Below are positions 9,166 to 18,754 of a DNA stretch of 24,799 nucleotides, one piece after another. The notes beneath the pieces were generated by a model. The model was not told where the DNA came from, searched no databases, and saw only the letters and a program-made list of their open reading frames with translations. Source of the stretch: Fidelibacterota bacterium (GTDB lineage: Bacteria > Fidelibacterota > Marinisomatia > Marinisomatales > Marinisomataceae). Where the stretch lies: positions 1 through 24,799 of the forward strand of contig JABHGE010000012.1 of assembly GCA_018672235.1 (NCBI GenBank), written 5' to 3'. The translations under genes and the position numbers were made by a program. How positions within the stretch are numbered: position 1 is the first letter of the stretch; each line of letters begins with the position of its first letter.

Positions 9166-9215
9166 TTTCTGTAAAATTGAATCTATAATTATTTATCTAG
9201 ATTAATTTAACAAAA

Positions 9216-9244
9216 TTGAATATATCCATACTCCTATGTAATTT
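9216..9244 (+). promoter_or_regulatory. Candidate sigma70 promoter (TTGAAT-N17-TAATTT) for the TPR/glycosylation operon
   Basis: TTGAAT at 9216-9221 and TAATTT at 9239-9244 with 17-nt spacing, in the only large intergenic gap, 8 nt before ATG 9253. Confidence 0.45.
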
Positions 9245-9252
9245 GCATTTGT

Positions 9253-10881
9253 ATGTTAAAAAAATCTAATAGCATTGTACTATCTTGTCTTTTTGTATGG
9301 AGTTGTAGTATTCCAAGTACAAATATTGACACTATTTCAGATTCCAATGAAGTAAAATCAGAAAAAATATCCCAAGATGAAACGCAAGACTTGTCCGGTA
9401 TTCAATTCTTTATGGATGGAATGATGTTTATGGAACAAGGTGAGTATTCTAGAGCTATCATTGAATTTCAAGAAGCAATTGAAAAAGGTTCTAATTCTGC
9501 CGAAGTATATTATTCTATATCAGAAGGATATTGGATGATACAAAAGTACGATAAGAGCATTTATTATGCATTGAAGGCGATAGAAAAAGATCCTATCACT
9601 CCAGACTATAAAATATCTTTAGGAAAAAAATATATTGCATTAAATGACCTGAACGCATCATTAGAAATTTTTGAAAAATTAGCTCAGAATGAAACTAATA
9701 ATGCTGAGATTTTATTTATTATTGGAGATTTAAAATCGGAGTTAAAAGATATAGATGGCGCTTTAGTATACTATCAAGAAGCTTATGACAAAGATAATAG
9801 TCTTACATTAGCATTGGAAGTAGCATCTCAATTAGCTATTGAGTTTAATCATAGAGATTCTGCTCTTGTTGTTAAAAAATTATTATTATCAAATCCTAGT
9901 AATCCTGAATATTTAAAATTATATATTGAATCAATTTCACAAAAAAATAGTCTCAGTGAAATAGAATCTTTATTAGATAACGATGAACTGAAATCAAATC
10001 CATTTATCAATAATCTTTATAATCAGTTGGCTTATGAATATTTAAGAAATGGATACTATGATAAGTCTGAAGAATTCTTTGAAAAATCGTTAGAGATTAA
10101 CGATAAAGACCGATTTGCATTATATTATTTATCTACGCTGTATAGAGAATCTGGAAAATTCGATCAATCGATTGCATTATCTGAAAAGCATATTAGCTCT
10201 TATCCCGACGATCAAGAAGGGTACATAAACAAGAGTATATCATTATTGAGCATCCAAAGATTTGATACCGTAATACATGAGCTATCGAATGCTCTAAAAT
10301 TATTTCCTGAAGATTTTGAAGTAAATTATTTTTTAGGGTTAGCGCATTATTCATTGAAAGAATTTGAAAGTGCAGAGATTTTTTATCAAAAAGCTTTATC
10401 GCTTGATACTAGTTCTATACCAGCCATGCATGCCTTAGCTATGGTATATGATCAAAATAAAAAATGGGACAAGTCAGATAAGCTTTATATAGATTTAATC
10501 ACAATTAATACTAGCGATGCTCAGGCATATAATAATTATGCATATAGTTTAATAGAGAGAAATGAAGATGCAGACTATGCATTGACACTTGCAAAGAAAG
10601 CAATTGAGTTGAGTCCAAAAACATCATCTTATTTAGATACAATTGGTTGGATATATTTCAAATTAAATGACTTTGAACAGGCAAAAGAATTTATTGGTCA
10701 GGCTATTGTATATGATGAATCTAGTTCAGTTGTATTGGAGCATTATGCAGACATATTAATAGAGCTAAATGAACTAGATGAAGCATTAATTTTCTATAAT
10801 AAGGCTCTTGATTTAGATGAAGAAAATTTAGAGTTAATAGAAAAAATTTCTAACTATAACTCTAGAGAGCCAAATGAATAA
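9253..10881 (+). CDS. Tetratricopeptide-repeat lipoprotein
   Basis: Lipobox-like VWS-C18 and many TPRs. C-terminal AQAYNNYAYSLIE...SYLDTIGWIYFKL...VLEHYADIL is typical of envelope TPR proteins. Confidence 0.9.
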   Translation: MLKKSNSIVLSCLFVWSCSIPSTNIDTISDSNEVKSEKISQDETQDLSGIQFFMDGMMFMEQGEYSRAIIEFQEAIEKGSNSAEVYYSISEGYWMIQKYDKSIYYALKAIEKDPITPDYKISLGKKYIALNDLNASLEIFEKLAQNETNNAEILFIIGDLKSELKDIDGALVYYQEAYDKDNSLTLALEVASQLAIEFNHRDSALVVKKLLLSNPSNPEYLKLYIESISQKNSLSEIESLLDNDELKSNPFINNLYNQLAYEYLRNGYYDKSEEFFEKSLEINDKDRFALYYLSTLYRESGKFDQSIALSEKHISSYPDDQEGYINKSISLLSIQRFDTVIHELSNALKLFPEDFEVNYFLGLAHYSLKEFESAEIFYQKALSLDTSSIPAMHALAMVYDQNKKWDKSDKLYIDLITINTSDAQAYNNYAYSLIERNEDADYALTLAKKAIELSPKTSSYLDTIGWIYFKLNDFEQAKEFIGQAIVYDESSSVVLEHYADILIELNELDEALIFYNKALDLDEENLELIEKISNYNSREPNE

Positions 10882-11428
10882 ATGGCTAGTTTTTTTATTG
10901 CTCATGCTAAGTAGCTGTTCCTCAAATAAAAATTTTGTGTTAATCGATAGCGCAGACCATGCTACTATTGAAGGACTAAAGAAAGAATTTACTAGATCTT
11001 TTGGATCTGGAAAATTAATAGGCAAAGGACAATCAAATTTTTCATCAAACTTTGTATTCGAATCAAAAGATGAATTCTCATATATTGTTTTCAAAGATAT
11101 TATAGGTAGAAAATTATTCTTAGTCGAAATTGATAAAAATAATATTCGATATGTTGATATGAGAAAAAATAAAGAAATAGATGTAGAAGGTTTTAATAAA
11201 TTTTTTCCTATAGCTACAGAATTTGATTCAAATATCTATAAAAAATTATTGTGGGGTACACCCTACGTGTTTGAAGATATACAAGTTAAGACAAAAAATA
11301 TTTTCTTGATATCAACAAAGCTAGTTAGCGATGACGGTAGTAACTTCTTAAATGAGCTAACATTTTCTTTAGACAATGATAAACAAAAATATACAATACT
11401 TTTTACAAGAAGAAATTTTGAGATATAA
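10874..11428 (+). CDS. Lipoprotein, LolB/DUF4292-like beta-rich protein
   Basis: Lipobox LSS-C15. Alternating beta-strand pattern (FGSGKLIG, FSSNFVFES, IVFKDIIGRKLFLVEI, LLWG). Position directly after a TPR gene matches TPR-lolB / TPR-DUF4292 pairs. Confidence 0.55.
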   Translation: MNKWLVFLLLMLSSCSSNKNFVLIDSADHATIEGLKKEFTRSFGSGKLIGKGQSNFSSNFVFESKDEFSYIVFKDIIGRKLFLVEIDKNNIRYVDMRKNKEIDVEGFNKFFPIATEFDSNIYKKLLWGTPYVFEDIQVKTKNIFLISTKLVSDDGSNFLNELTFSLDNDKQKYTILFTRRNFEI

Positions 11429-12352
11429 ATGAAGTTATCCATTATTATTCCGATCTATAATGAGCAAGAATCTTTAGATAGTCTATTTAATGAACTATCA
11501 GGTCTATTTGCCGATGAATCCGGAACCGAGATTATTTTTATAAATGATGGCTCCACAGATAAAACTTTATCTGCTCTTGAGGAAAAAATAAAACATTACT
11601 CTAGATGGAAAATAATTAATTTATATCGTAATTATGGAAAATCTGTCGCATTGCAAGCAGGATTTGATACTGCAAAAGGAGAAATTATTGCTACAATGGA
11701 TGCTGACTTGCAAGACAACCCCAAAGAAATTTATCCTTTAATTGATGAATTGAATAAAGGTTATGATGTGGTGTCTGGTTGGAAAAAAAGTCGAAAAGAT
11801 CCATTTGAAAAAAAAGTAGCATCAAAAATCTTTAATTTTTTTGTTAGAATTTTTAGCGGTCTTATTATACATGATTCTAATTGTGGTATAAAAGTCTTTA
11901 AAAGAGAAGTAACTCAGATGTTAACATTGTATGGAGGTCGACATAGATATATCCCTCTATTAGCTCATCAAAAGAAATTTTCAATTTCAGAAATTGTTGT
12001 AGATCACAGAGAAAGAAAATTTGGTGTTTCTAAATATGGCATGAAGCGTTATTCCGATGGATTTTTTGATTTTTTAACTATCTTATTTTTAGGTAAGTAT
12101 ATGGATCGTCCATTACATTTCTTTGGATCATTAGGGTTTGTTTCGGTATTACTTGGAATAATCACTGAGACTTATATTTTATATCTAAAATATATTCTAC
12201 TTGATTCATTTCAGCAGCATGTGGCGTTAATTATCTTTGGAGCAATTTTAATTATTGTAGGACTTCAACTTTTTACCTTCGGTCTAATGGGTGAGTTGAT
12301 AGTTAATAAAAAATATAAAGATAGAAATTATATTAAAGAAATCATTGAGTAG
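11429..12352 (+). CDS. GT2 polyprenol-phosphate glycosyltransferase (ArnC/GtrB/CsbB-like)
   Basis: Motifs SIIIPIYNE, FINDGSTD, RNYGKSVALQAG, MDADLQD, DVVSGW, HRYIP, plus two C-terminal TM helices. Confidence 0.92.
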   Translation: MKLSIIIPIYNEQESLDSLFNELSGLFADESGTEIIFINDGSTDKTLSALEEKIKHYSRWKIINLYRNYGKSVALQAGFDTAKGEIIATMDADLQDNPKEIYPLIDELNKGYDVVSGWKKSRKDPFEKKVASKIFNFFVRIFSGLIIHDSNCGIKVFKREVTQMLTLYGGRHRYIPLLAHQKKFSISEIVVDHRERKFGVSKYGMKRYSDGFFDFLTILFLGKYMDRPLHFFGSLGFVSVLLGIITETYILYLKYILLDSFQQHVALIIFGAILIIVGLQLFTFGLMGELIVNKKYKDRNYIKEIIE

Positions 12353-13460
12353 TCGATTAAAGATTGTTACCATAGGTCCATTTCCCCCTCTAAGAGGAGG
12401 TATTTCTGATTTTCATGAATCTTTAGTTGCGCAGCTTAGCAAAAAAAATAATGTATCAGTATTAAATTTTAAATCTTTATATCCAAAAATTTTGTTCCCA
12501 GGAAAATCTCAGTATACGGAATATAAAAATACATCTGATAGCGTTCAGACTACCCTAAATCCTTTAAATATTTTAAGCTGGTTTAAAGGTAAGTCTTTCA
12601 TTAAAAAGAAAAACCCAGATAGATTGATTATTTCCTATTGGAGTTTCTTTTTTATTCCAATCTATATGTTCTTGCTTGGCTCTATAAAAAAGGGTCATAG
12701 GTATGTTTTATTTCATAATGTTATTTCGCATGAAAATAGAATTTTTGAAAAGTTTTTTCTAAGATTATTTATCAAGAAGATAGATCGTTGTATCGTTATG
12801 AATGAATATAATGAAAAATTAATTTTACAAATAAATCCTAAGGCTAAGATTATCAGAAATTTTCATCCTATATACGAAATACCTTACAAAGATGATAAAC
12901 GTAATTTTTATAAAAAGGATCTTAATATACAGAAAAATAATGTTGTATTATTCTTTGGACTCATTAGAAAATATAAAGGATTAGATCTTTTAATTAATGC
13001 TATTGCACTAAGTAAGGATAAAGTAAATAATTTGAAAGTTTTAATTGTTGGAGAAAATTATGAACCTATGGATACATATCATAAAATGATTGCAGATCAT
13101 CAAATGGAGGAGTCCTTTATTTTTGTTAATAACTTCATCGGTAAAACTGATATTGAAAAATATTTTTTATCTTCAGATTTAGTTATTCTTCCTTATAAAT
13201 CTGCATCTCAAAGTGGAGTCCTTTCTTTAGCATATAATTTTAATCGTCCCGTTATTGTAACCAACGTTGGAGGACTGGCTGATTATATTTCAGATAACAA
13301 GTCTGGATTTATTACACAGCCAAATTCACAAGATATTAGCAATAGAATTAATATATTTTTTGAGAAAGACTTATTTAAAGATATGAGTCAATTTATAAAA
13401 GATGACAAAAAAAGATTTTCATGGAAATCATTTGAACAGAAATTAGATTTATATGGATAG
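12345..13460 (+). CDS. GT4 (GT-B fold) glycosyltransferase
   Basis: TTG start. Motifs GPFPPLRGGI, LFFGLIRKYKGLDLL, DLVILPYKSASQSGV, PVIVTNVGGL. Confidence 0.92.
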   Translation: MSSRLKIVTIGPFPPLRGGISDFHESLVAQLSKKNNVSVLNFKSLYPKILFPGKSQYTEYKNTSDSVQTTLNPLNILSWFKGKSFIKKKNPDRLIISYWSFFFIPIYMFLLGSIKKGHRYVLFHNVISHENRIFEKFFLRLFIKKIDRCIVMNEYNEKLILQINPKAKIIRNFHPIYEIPYKDDKRNFYKKDLNIQKNNVVLFFGLIRKYKGLDLLINAIALSKDKVNNLKVLIVGENYEPMDTYHKMIADHQMEESFIFVNNFIGKTDIEKYFLSSDLVILPYKSASQSGVLSLAYNFNRPVIVTNVGGLADYISDNKSGFITQPNSQDISNRINIFFEKDLFKDMSQFIKDDKKRFSWKSFEQKLDLYG

Positions 13461-14310
13461 TATAAAAATCATTCATCCAAAGATTCACCTTATAGTTCTT
13501 AATTGGAATGATAAAGAGTTAAGTGGTAAGTGCTTGTCTTCTATTGAAAAAGTGTCCTATCCAAATTATGAAGTTTTGATTGTTGATAATAATTCAAAGG
13601 ATGGTTCAGTTGAATTTTTTAAAGAAAACTTCTCGCAATATGATGTTTTGTCTTTAGAAGATAATCTAAAATATGCTGGAGGAAATAATGCAGCAGTCGA
13701 ATATCTCAAACCAAAGGAAGAAGATTTTTTAGTATTTATTAATAACGATACTATAGTAAGCTCAGATTTTCTCGATCATCTAATTTCTCCTTTTTTAAAT
13801 GACGCTAATTGCATTATTACAGTTCCTAAAATCCTTTTTGCAATGGATATCAATAAAATATGGTATGCTGGAGGAATAGTTAATATGTGGAAAGGAAAAA
13901 TAGATCATATTGGCATAAGAAATTTTGATGGACCACGATACTCATTCATGATGGAAACTGATTATGCTACAGGATGTTGTTTGTGCATCAACTCTGCTGA
14001 CTTTAAAAAATTAAACTATTTTGATACTATGTTTAATATGTATTGTGAGGATGTAGATTTAAGTATAAGGGCTAAAAAAATGAATCGCAAGATTGTGTAT
14101 AGTCCCAAATCAATTATATTACATAGCGTATCTCAATCATTAGGAGAAAACTCTTTTAAAAAAATACAAAATAAATTATTAGGACAGGTGAAACTATTTT
14201 GGAAACATGCATCAGGTTTGCAAATAATAACATTAACTTTTCACTGGTTATTATTTTATTTGCCATTGGGTTTTTTAAAGTGGATTTATTTTAAGTTGAA
14301 AGAAAAATGA
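13453..14310 (+). CDS. GT2 soluble glycosyltransferase (WbbL/rhamnosyltransferase-like subgroup)
   Basis: Motifs IVLNWN, IVDNNSKDGS, YAGGNN, FINNDT, ATGCCL, FNMYCEDVDLSIR. Confidence 0.9.
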   Translation: MDSIKIIHPKIHLIVLNWNDKELSGKCLSSIEKVSYPNYEVLIVDNNSKDGSVEFFKENFSQYDVLSLEDNLKYAGGNNAAVEYLKPKEEDFLVFINNDTIVSSDFLDHLISPFLNDANCIITVPKILFAMDINKIWYAGGIVNMWKGKIDHIGIRNFDGPRYSFMMETDYATGCCLCINSADFKKLNYFDTMFNMYCEDVDLSIRAKKMNRKIVYSPKSIILHSVSQSLGENSFKKIQNKLLGQVKLFWKHASGLQIITLTFHWLLFYLPLGFLKWIYFKLKEK

Positions 14311-15827
14311 AAGAAAAAAATTTAGGTAAGAAAGTTGCTAGCGAAGCGATTGTATCATTTGCAGGAATGAGCGCAGGTTCAGTTTTCCGTTATTTATTTT
14401 CAATTTTTATGGCTAGATGGTTAGGTCCTCAGATGTTAGGCTTGTATTCGCTTGGTAATGCAGTAACTCGCATAGGAGAAATATTTGCTATAATGGGTCT
14501 TGATAATGGAGTACTTAGATTTGTTAGTCGAGAAGATAGAAACAGCTCAAATGCTCAAAATAGTATTTATTCGTCTATAAAAATGGGATTTATTTCGAGT
14601 ATTATTATCGCTATCGTTCTATATTTTTCTGCAGAATGGATTGTATTAAAGTTTTTAGCGGAAGATCCATTTTTAATTAATATTATACAATTTTATGCTT
14701 TTACATTACCCTTTACAGTAACCACACTCATTGCATCATTTGCTACTCAAGGATTCAAAATATTAAAGTATAAGATTTTTGTTAATCAAATTATAAATCC
14801 CGCAGTATTATTAGTTTCTATGATTGCTTCTTATCTAATATTTGGACCAAAAATAGCTATTCTTATTCCTACATTTTTATCTGCATTTATTGGTATGATA
14901 TTTATACTATTTTTTCTAAAGAAATTTATAGCATTAGATTTAAAGAAGTTTATTTCTACTCCATTCAATACAAAAATTTTAAAATTCTCTATTCCGTTAA
15001 TGTTTGTTTCAGCAATTGGTATCATTATGCACTGGACAGATATATTAATGCTAGGCATTTTTTCTGATGCAAGTGCAGTAGGTAAGTATCACCCTATTGA
15101 AAGGACCGCTGGCCTTATTAGAATGATATTATTTGCATTTGCAGGTATATTTGCACCTCTTTTCTCACAATATTTTCATGAAAATAATTCAGAAAAAATG
15201 AAAGAGATTTATCAGTTATCAACAAAATGGATATTTGTAGGATGTTTGCCTTTATTTATTTTTTTAATGCTATTTTCTAATCCAATGCTAATGTTATTTG
15301 GAAATGAATTTGATAATGGCTTAGCATTAAAGATTTTATCAGTTGGAATAATGATTCAAGCTTTTTTTGGCCTAGGTTCTTCATCGTTAACGATGAGTGG
15401 TTTTTCAAATATAAATTTGTTAAATGTATTAGCAGCTTTAACGATTAATATTATTATGAATATTATTTTGATTCCACAGTATGGCATTATAGGAGCAGCT
15501 TCTGCTACTACAAGTGCTTTATTTTTTATTAGTTTTTTAAGGTTTTTTGAAAATTATTATATACTAAATTTGAATGTTTTTTCATCAAAGCTATTCAAGC
15601 CTTTACTATCTGGGTTTTTAACAGTATTAACAATTTTTTTACTTCAGAGATATGTTTTAAACCTGCTAGACTATTCATCTTCACTTTTAAATCTAATTTT
15701 GTACTTACTAGTCGGTATTTCTCTTATATTTATTGGATATTTTTCTTTTTATGCACTACTGGGAATAGATAAAGAAGATAAAGACATGATTGATAGCTTA
15801 AAGCACAAAATATCTAATCAAGCATGA
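14307..15827 (+). CDS. Wzx-type oligosaccharide flippase (MOP superfamily)
   Basis: About 14 TM. Motifs ARWLGPQMLGLYSL, MGLDNGVLRFV, FSIPL, TDILMLG, VGKY, NIILIPQYGIIGAASAT. Confidence 0.9.
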   Translation: MKEKNLGKKVASEAIVSFAGMSAGSVFRYLFSIFMARWLGPQMLGLYSLGNAVTRIGEIFAIMGLDNGVLRFVSREDRNSSNAQNSIYSSIKMGFISSIIIAIVLYFSAEWIVLKFLAEDPFLINIIQFYAFTLPFTVTTLIASFATQGFKILKYKIFVNQIINPAVLLVSMIASYLIFGPKIAILIPTFLSAFIGMIFILFFLKKFIALDLKKFISTPFNTKILKFSIPLMFVSAIGIIMHWTDILMLGIFSDASAVGKYHPIERTAGLIRMILFAFAGIFAPLFSQYFHENNSEKMKEIYQLSTKWIFVGCLPLFIFLMLFSNPMLMLFGNEFDNGLALKILSVGIMIQAFFGLGSSSLTMSGFSNINLLNVLAALTINIIMNIILIPQYGIIGAASATTSALFFISFLRFFENYYILNLNVFSSKLFKPLLSGFLTVLTIFLLQRYVLNLLDYSSSLLNLILYLLVGISLIFIGYFSFYALLGIDKEDKDMIDSLKHKISNQA

Positions 15828-17905
15828 ATAAATATTTATTAATTATCATCTATTCGCTTTGGGTTATGCTATTTTTCTATCCAGTAATTTTCTATAATAA
15901 CATGTTTGGATCGGGAGATACATTAAATCCCTATTCTGTTAATCATATTCTAGATATATATAAATCAAAGATTGGTCATTGGCCTTTATGGCAGCCATGG
16001 ATTTTCTCTGGCATGCCTACTATGGAAGCATTTACATATATTAATGAATTATACTTTCCAACTAAGTTGATGATTGGATTAGGAATCTCTGATCTTAATA
16101 TTCAGTTAATACATTTGGTTTTTTCTGGCGTAGGAATGTATTTGCTCCTAGAACAATTTAAGATGGATAGGTTGATATCATTTGGTATAGGCTTACTATG
16201 GATTCTAAATCCTTACCTTATAACCATGATTGTTTTTGGACACGGCAGTCAAATGATGACAGCAGCATATATTCCTTGGCTACTGTATGGTGTCAATAGA
16301 CTAAAAAATTCTATATCAATAGAATCATTGGCTCTATTATCCTTGTTAATAGGATTGCAACTACAGAGAGGTCATGTCCAAATAGCATATTATTCTTGCA
16401 TGCTAGTTGGAGCATACTTTCTGTACTCTTTTATAATGAAAAAACAAAATAAGAATAAGTATTTATTATACTTTATTATCTCATGCGGTTTAGGATTTTT
16501 GCTAGCATCGCATATTTACTATCCGTCACTAGATTATTTAGATAACTCCATCCGATCTGGTGGCAATAATCACTATCAATACGCTACAAATTGGTCTATG
16601 CACCCCAAAGAGCTACTAACTTATCTATTTCCTTATTATTATGGTTTTGGAGGTTCGTCTTATTCTGGATATATGCCTTTTACTGATTACCCTAATTATG
16701 TCGGATTCTTTGTCATTTTTTCTGCCTTATTTTCTTTCATTAAGCTTAATGCGCAGAAGGCTTTCTTCGTAATTATTCTTGCACTATCAATACTTTTATC
16801 TTTTGGAAAATATTTTGATGTTCTTTATGAATTCTTTTATTCGTTTTTTCCTTACTTTAGCAATTTTCGAGTACCAAGTATGATTTTGATTATATCAAAT
16901 TTTACTCTCTATATACTTGCAGCTTTTGGTCTAAAAGATATTATTGTTAGTATTTTGAATATAGATAGATTTAAAAATTTTGAATCAAAAATTATTATAT
17001 CCATATTTTTACTTTTCTCAATAATTGATATTTATAGAATTAATAAAAATATTATTTCTCCGTCAGATGAGAGCGCACAAAAATCACAAATAATATCAAC
17101 AGAAAAATTTAACTCATTTTTTGAAGAAGATGAGGCGATTAAGTTTTTAAAAAATGAATCAGAGTTGTATAGAGTTTATCCAGTAGGAGAATTATTTCAA
17201 GATCCTAAGTTAAAATTCCATGGTATTCAATCTGTTGGAGGCTATCATCCGGCTAAATTTAGACACTATACAGATCTTTTAAATGAAACCAATAATTTAT
17301 TATCAATTTCCGTTCTAAGGCTTTTAAATGTAAAGTATTTATTAAGTTCAGTAGAGCTGAATCATAAAGATTTTGAGCTATCTATGACCACTCCCTACAG
17401 CTCTGCATTTGGTGAGATAGATTTGAATATTTATAGATTAAAAAACAACCTTCAAAGGGCTTGGTTTGTAAAAAATATTATTAAAGAAGATCAGAATTTA
17501 TATAATTATTTAACAGCTACAGCTTTTGATCCTGAAAATATTGCAATCGTTAAAGACTTGGAATCACAATCATTTTCCAGGGGAGAGATTATTAATTTAG
17601 ATTGGAGTATTCATGAGGTCTCTATAGATGTAAATGTAACTTCAGAAAGCGCTTTTCTTGTTTTAAGTGAAATAAATTATCCTGATCGATGGAAAGCAAC
17701 TGTAGATAATCAAGATGTTAAAATATATGAAACAAATGGAGTGCTTAGAGGATTGCTGTTGAATAAAGGAATACATTCTATTATATTTAAGTATGATGAT
17801 AGTTTGTTTAAATCATTACTTATTTTTTCCAATATAATGCTATTCCTTATGTTTTTTATATTGATAAAACCTTTTCTAATGCGCTTGTTAAAAGAGTATA
17901 GCTAA
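15824..17905 (+). CDS. YfhO family membrane protein (GT-C fold glycosyltransferase)
   Basis: Acidic residue in the first loop (GSGDT), motifs PLWQPWIFSGMP, GHVQIAYY, FSNFRVP, GGYHPAK and C-terminal FLVLSEINYPDRWKATVD...NGVLRGL; multi-TM protein. Confidence 0.88.
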   Translation: MNKYLLIIIYSLWVMLFFYPVIFYNNMFGSGDTLNPYSVNHILDIYKSKIGHWPLWQPWIFSGMPTMEAFTYINELYFPTKLMIGLGISDLNIQLIHLVFSGVGMYLLLEQFKMDRLISFGIGLLWILNPYLITMIVFGHGSQMMTAAYIPWLLYGVNRLKNSISIESLALLSLLIGLQLQRGHVQIAYYSCMLVGAYFLYSFIMKKQNKNKYLLYFIISCGLGFLLASHIYYPSLDYLDNSIRSGGNNHYQYATNWSMHPKELLTYLFPYYYGFGGSSYSGYMPFTDYPNYVGFFVIFSALFSFIKLNAQKAFFVIILALSILLSFGKYFDVLYEFFYSFFPYFSNFRVPSMILIISNFTLYILAAFGLKDIIVSILNIDRFKNFESKIIISIFLLFSIIDIYRINKNIISPSDESAQKSQIISTEKFNSFFEEDEAIKFLKNESELYRVYPVGELFQDPKLKFHGIQSVGGYHPAKFRHYTDLLNETNNLLSISVLRLLNVKYLLSSVELNHKDFELSMTTPYSSAFGEIDLNIYRLKNNLQRAWFVKNIIKEDQNLYNYLTATAFDPENIAIVKDLESQSFSRGEIINLDWSIHEVSIDVNVTSESAFLVLSEINYPDRWKATVDNQDVKIYETNGVLRGLLLNKGIHSIIFKYDDSLFKSLLIFSNIMLFLMFFILIKPFLMRLLKEYS

Positions 17906-17919
17906 ACTAAATTTACTGT

Positions 17920-18237
17920 ATGATAACAAATAAATTAATTTTTCAAGAATCTCAAGCATCATTCTTTGATGTCTTCCTTGCGCAGTTGCCAATTTTTTTA
18001 ATATTTTTGATTCTATACTACTTTATCTTACGACCAAACAATAAAAAACAAGATAATGTAAAAACCCTTCAAAAAAATTTAAAAAAAGGCGATAGTATTG
18101 TTACTATTGGAGGCATACATGGAAAAATTATTCAAGTAAGAAATAATAAGGCTACTCTTCGAGTGTCTAATAATAATGAGCTTACAGTAGATGTTACAGC
18201 TGTGACCAGACTAAAGAATTCAGAAAATAAAGAATAA
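17920..18237 (+). CDS. yajC: Preprotein translocase subunit YajC
   Basis: TM helix followed by YYFILRP-x-x-KKQ and LKKGDSIVTIGGIHGKI. Confidence 0.95.
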   Translation: MITNKLIFQESQASFFDVFLAQLPIFLIFLILYYFILRPNNKKQDNVKTLQKNLKKGDSIVTIGGIHGKIIQVRNNKATLRVSNNNELTVDVTAVTRLKNSENKE

Positions 18238-18238
18238 A

Positions 18239-18754
18239 ATGGCAGTTCAAAAAGTAGTTACTTATGGGCATAAAGCTTTACGAAAAGCATGTACAGACAT
18301 CACAGACTTTTCTAATGTAGATAGCTTAATTAATGACTTATTTGATACTATGTATGAATTTGATGGCCTTGGTTTAGCTTCCAATCAAATTGGAATTAAC
18401 AAAAGAATTTTTGTAGTTGATATAAAACATATGTCTGGATATGGCGACACATCACCAATGGTGTTTATGAATGGAATCATTGATAGTGGAAGTGGATCTT
18501 GCGTGGATTCAGAAGGTTGTTTGTCATTGCCTGAAATTAGGATTAACGTCGAAAGATTTGATACCATTACTTATAGCTATGTTGATGAAAATTTAGAGAT
18601 ATGTACTAAAGAGTTTTCTGGATTTTTAGCAACTGTAATTCAACATGAAAATGATCATTTAGATGGAAAATTAATTACAGATTATGCTACTCCTTCAGAC
18701 ATTTTAAAGTATGATAAGGCACTGAAATTAATGAAGTCTAATAATGTTGAATAA
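18239..18754 (+). CDS. def: Peptide deformylase
   Basis: Motifs GLGLASNQIG, EGCLS, QHENDHLDG. Confidence 0.97.
   Translation: MAVQKVVTYGHKALRKACTDITDFSNVDSLINDLFDTMYEFDGLGLASNQIGINKRIFVVDIKHMSGYGDTSPMVFMNGIIDSGSGSCVDSEGCLSLPEIRINVERFDTITYSYVDENLEICTKEFSGFLATVIQHENDHLDGKLITDYATPSDILKYDKALKLMKSNNVE

Noticed and set aside
11606..11631. TGGAAA-N15-CGTAA inside the GT2 gene as another ECF site
   Set aside because: It lacks the AAC, has shorter spacing and is far from any downstream start.
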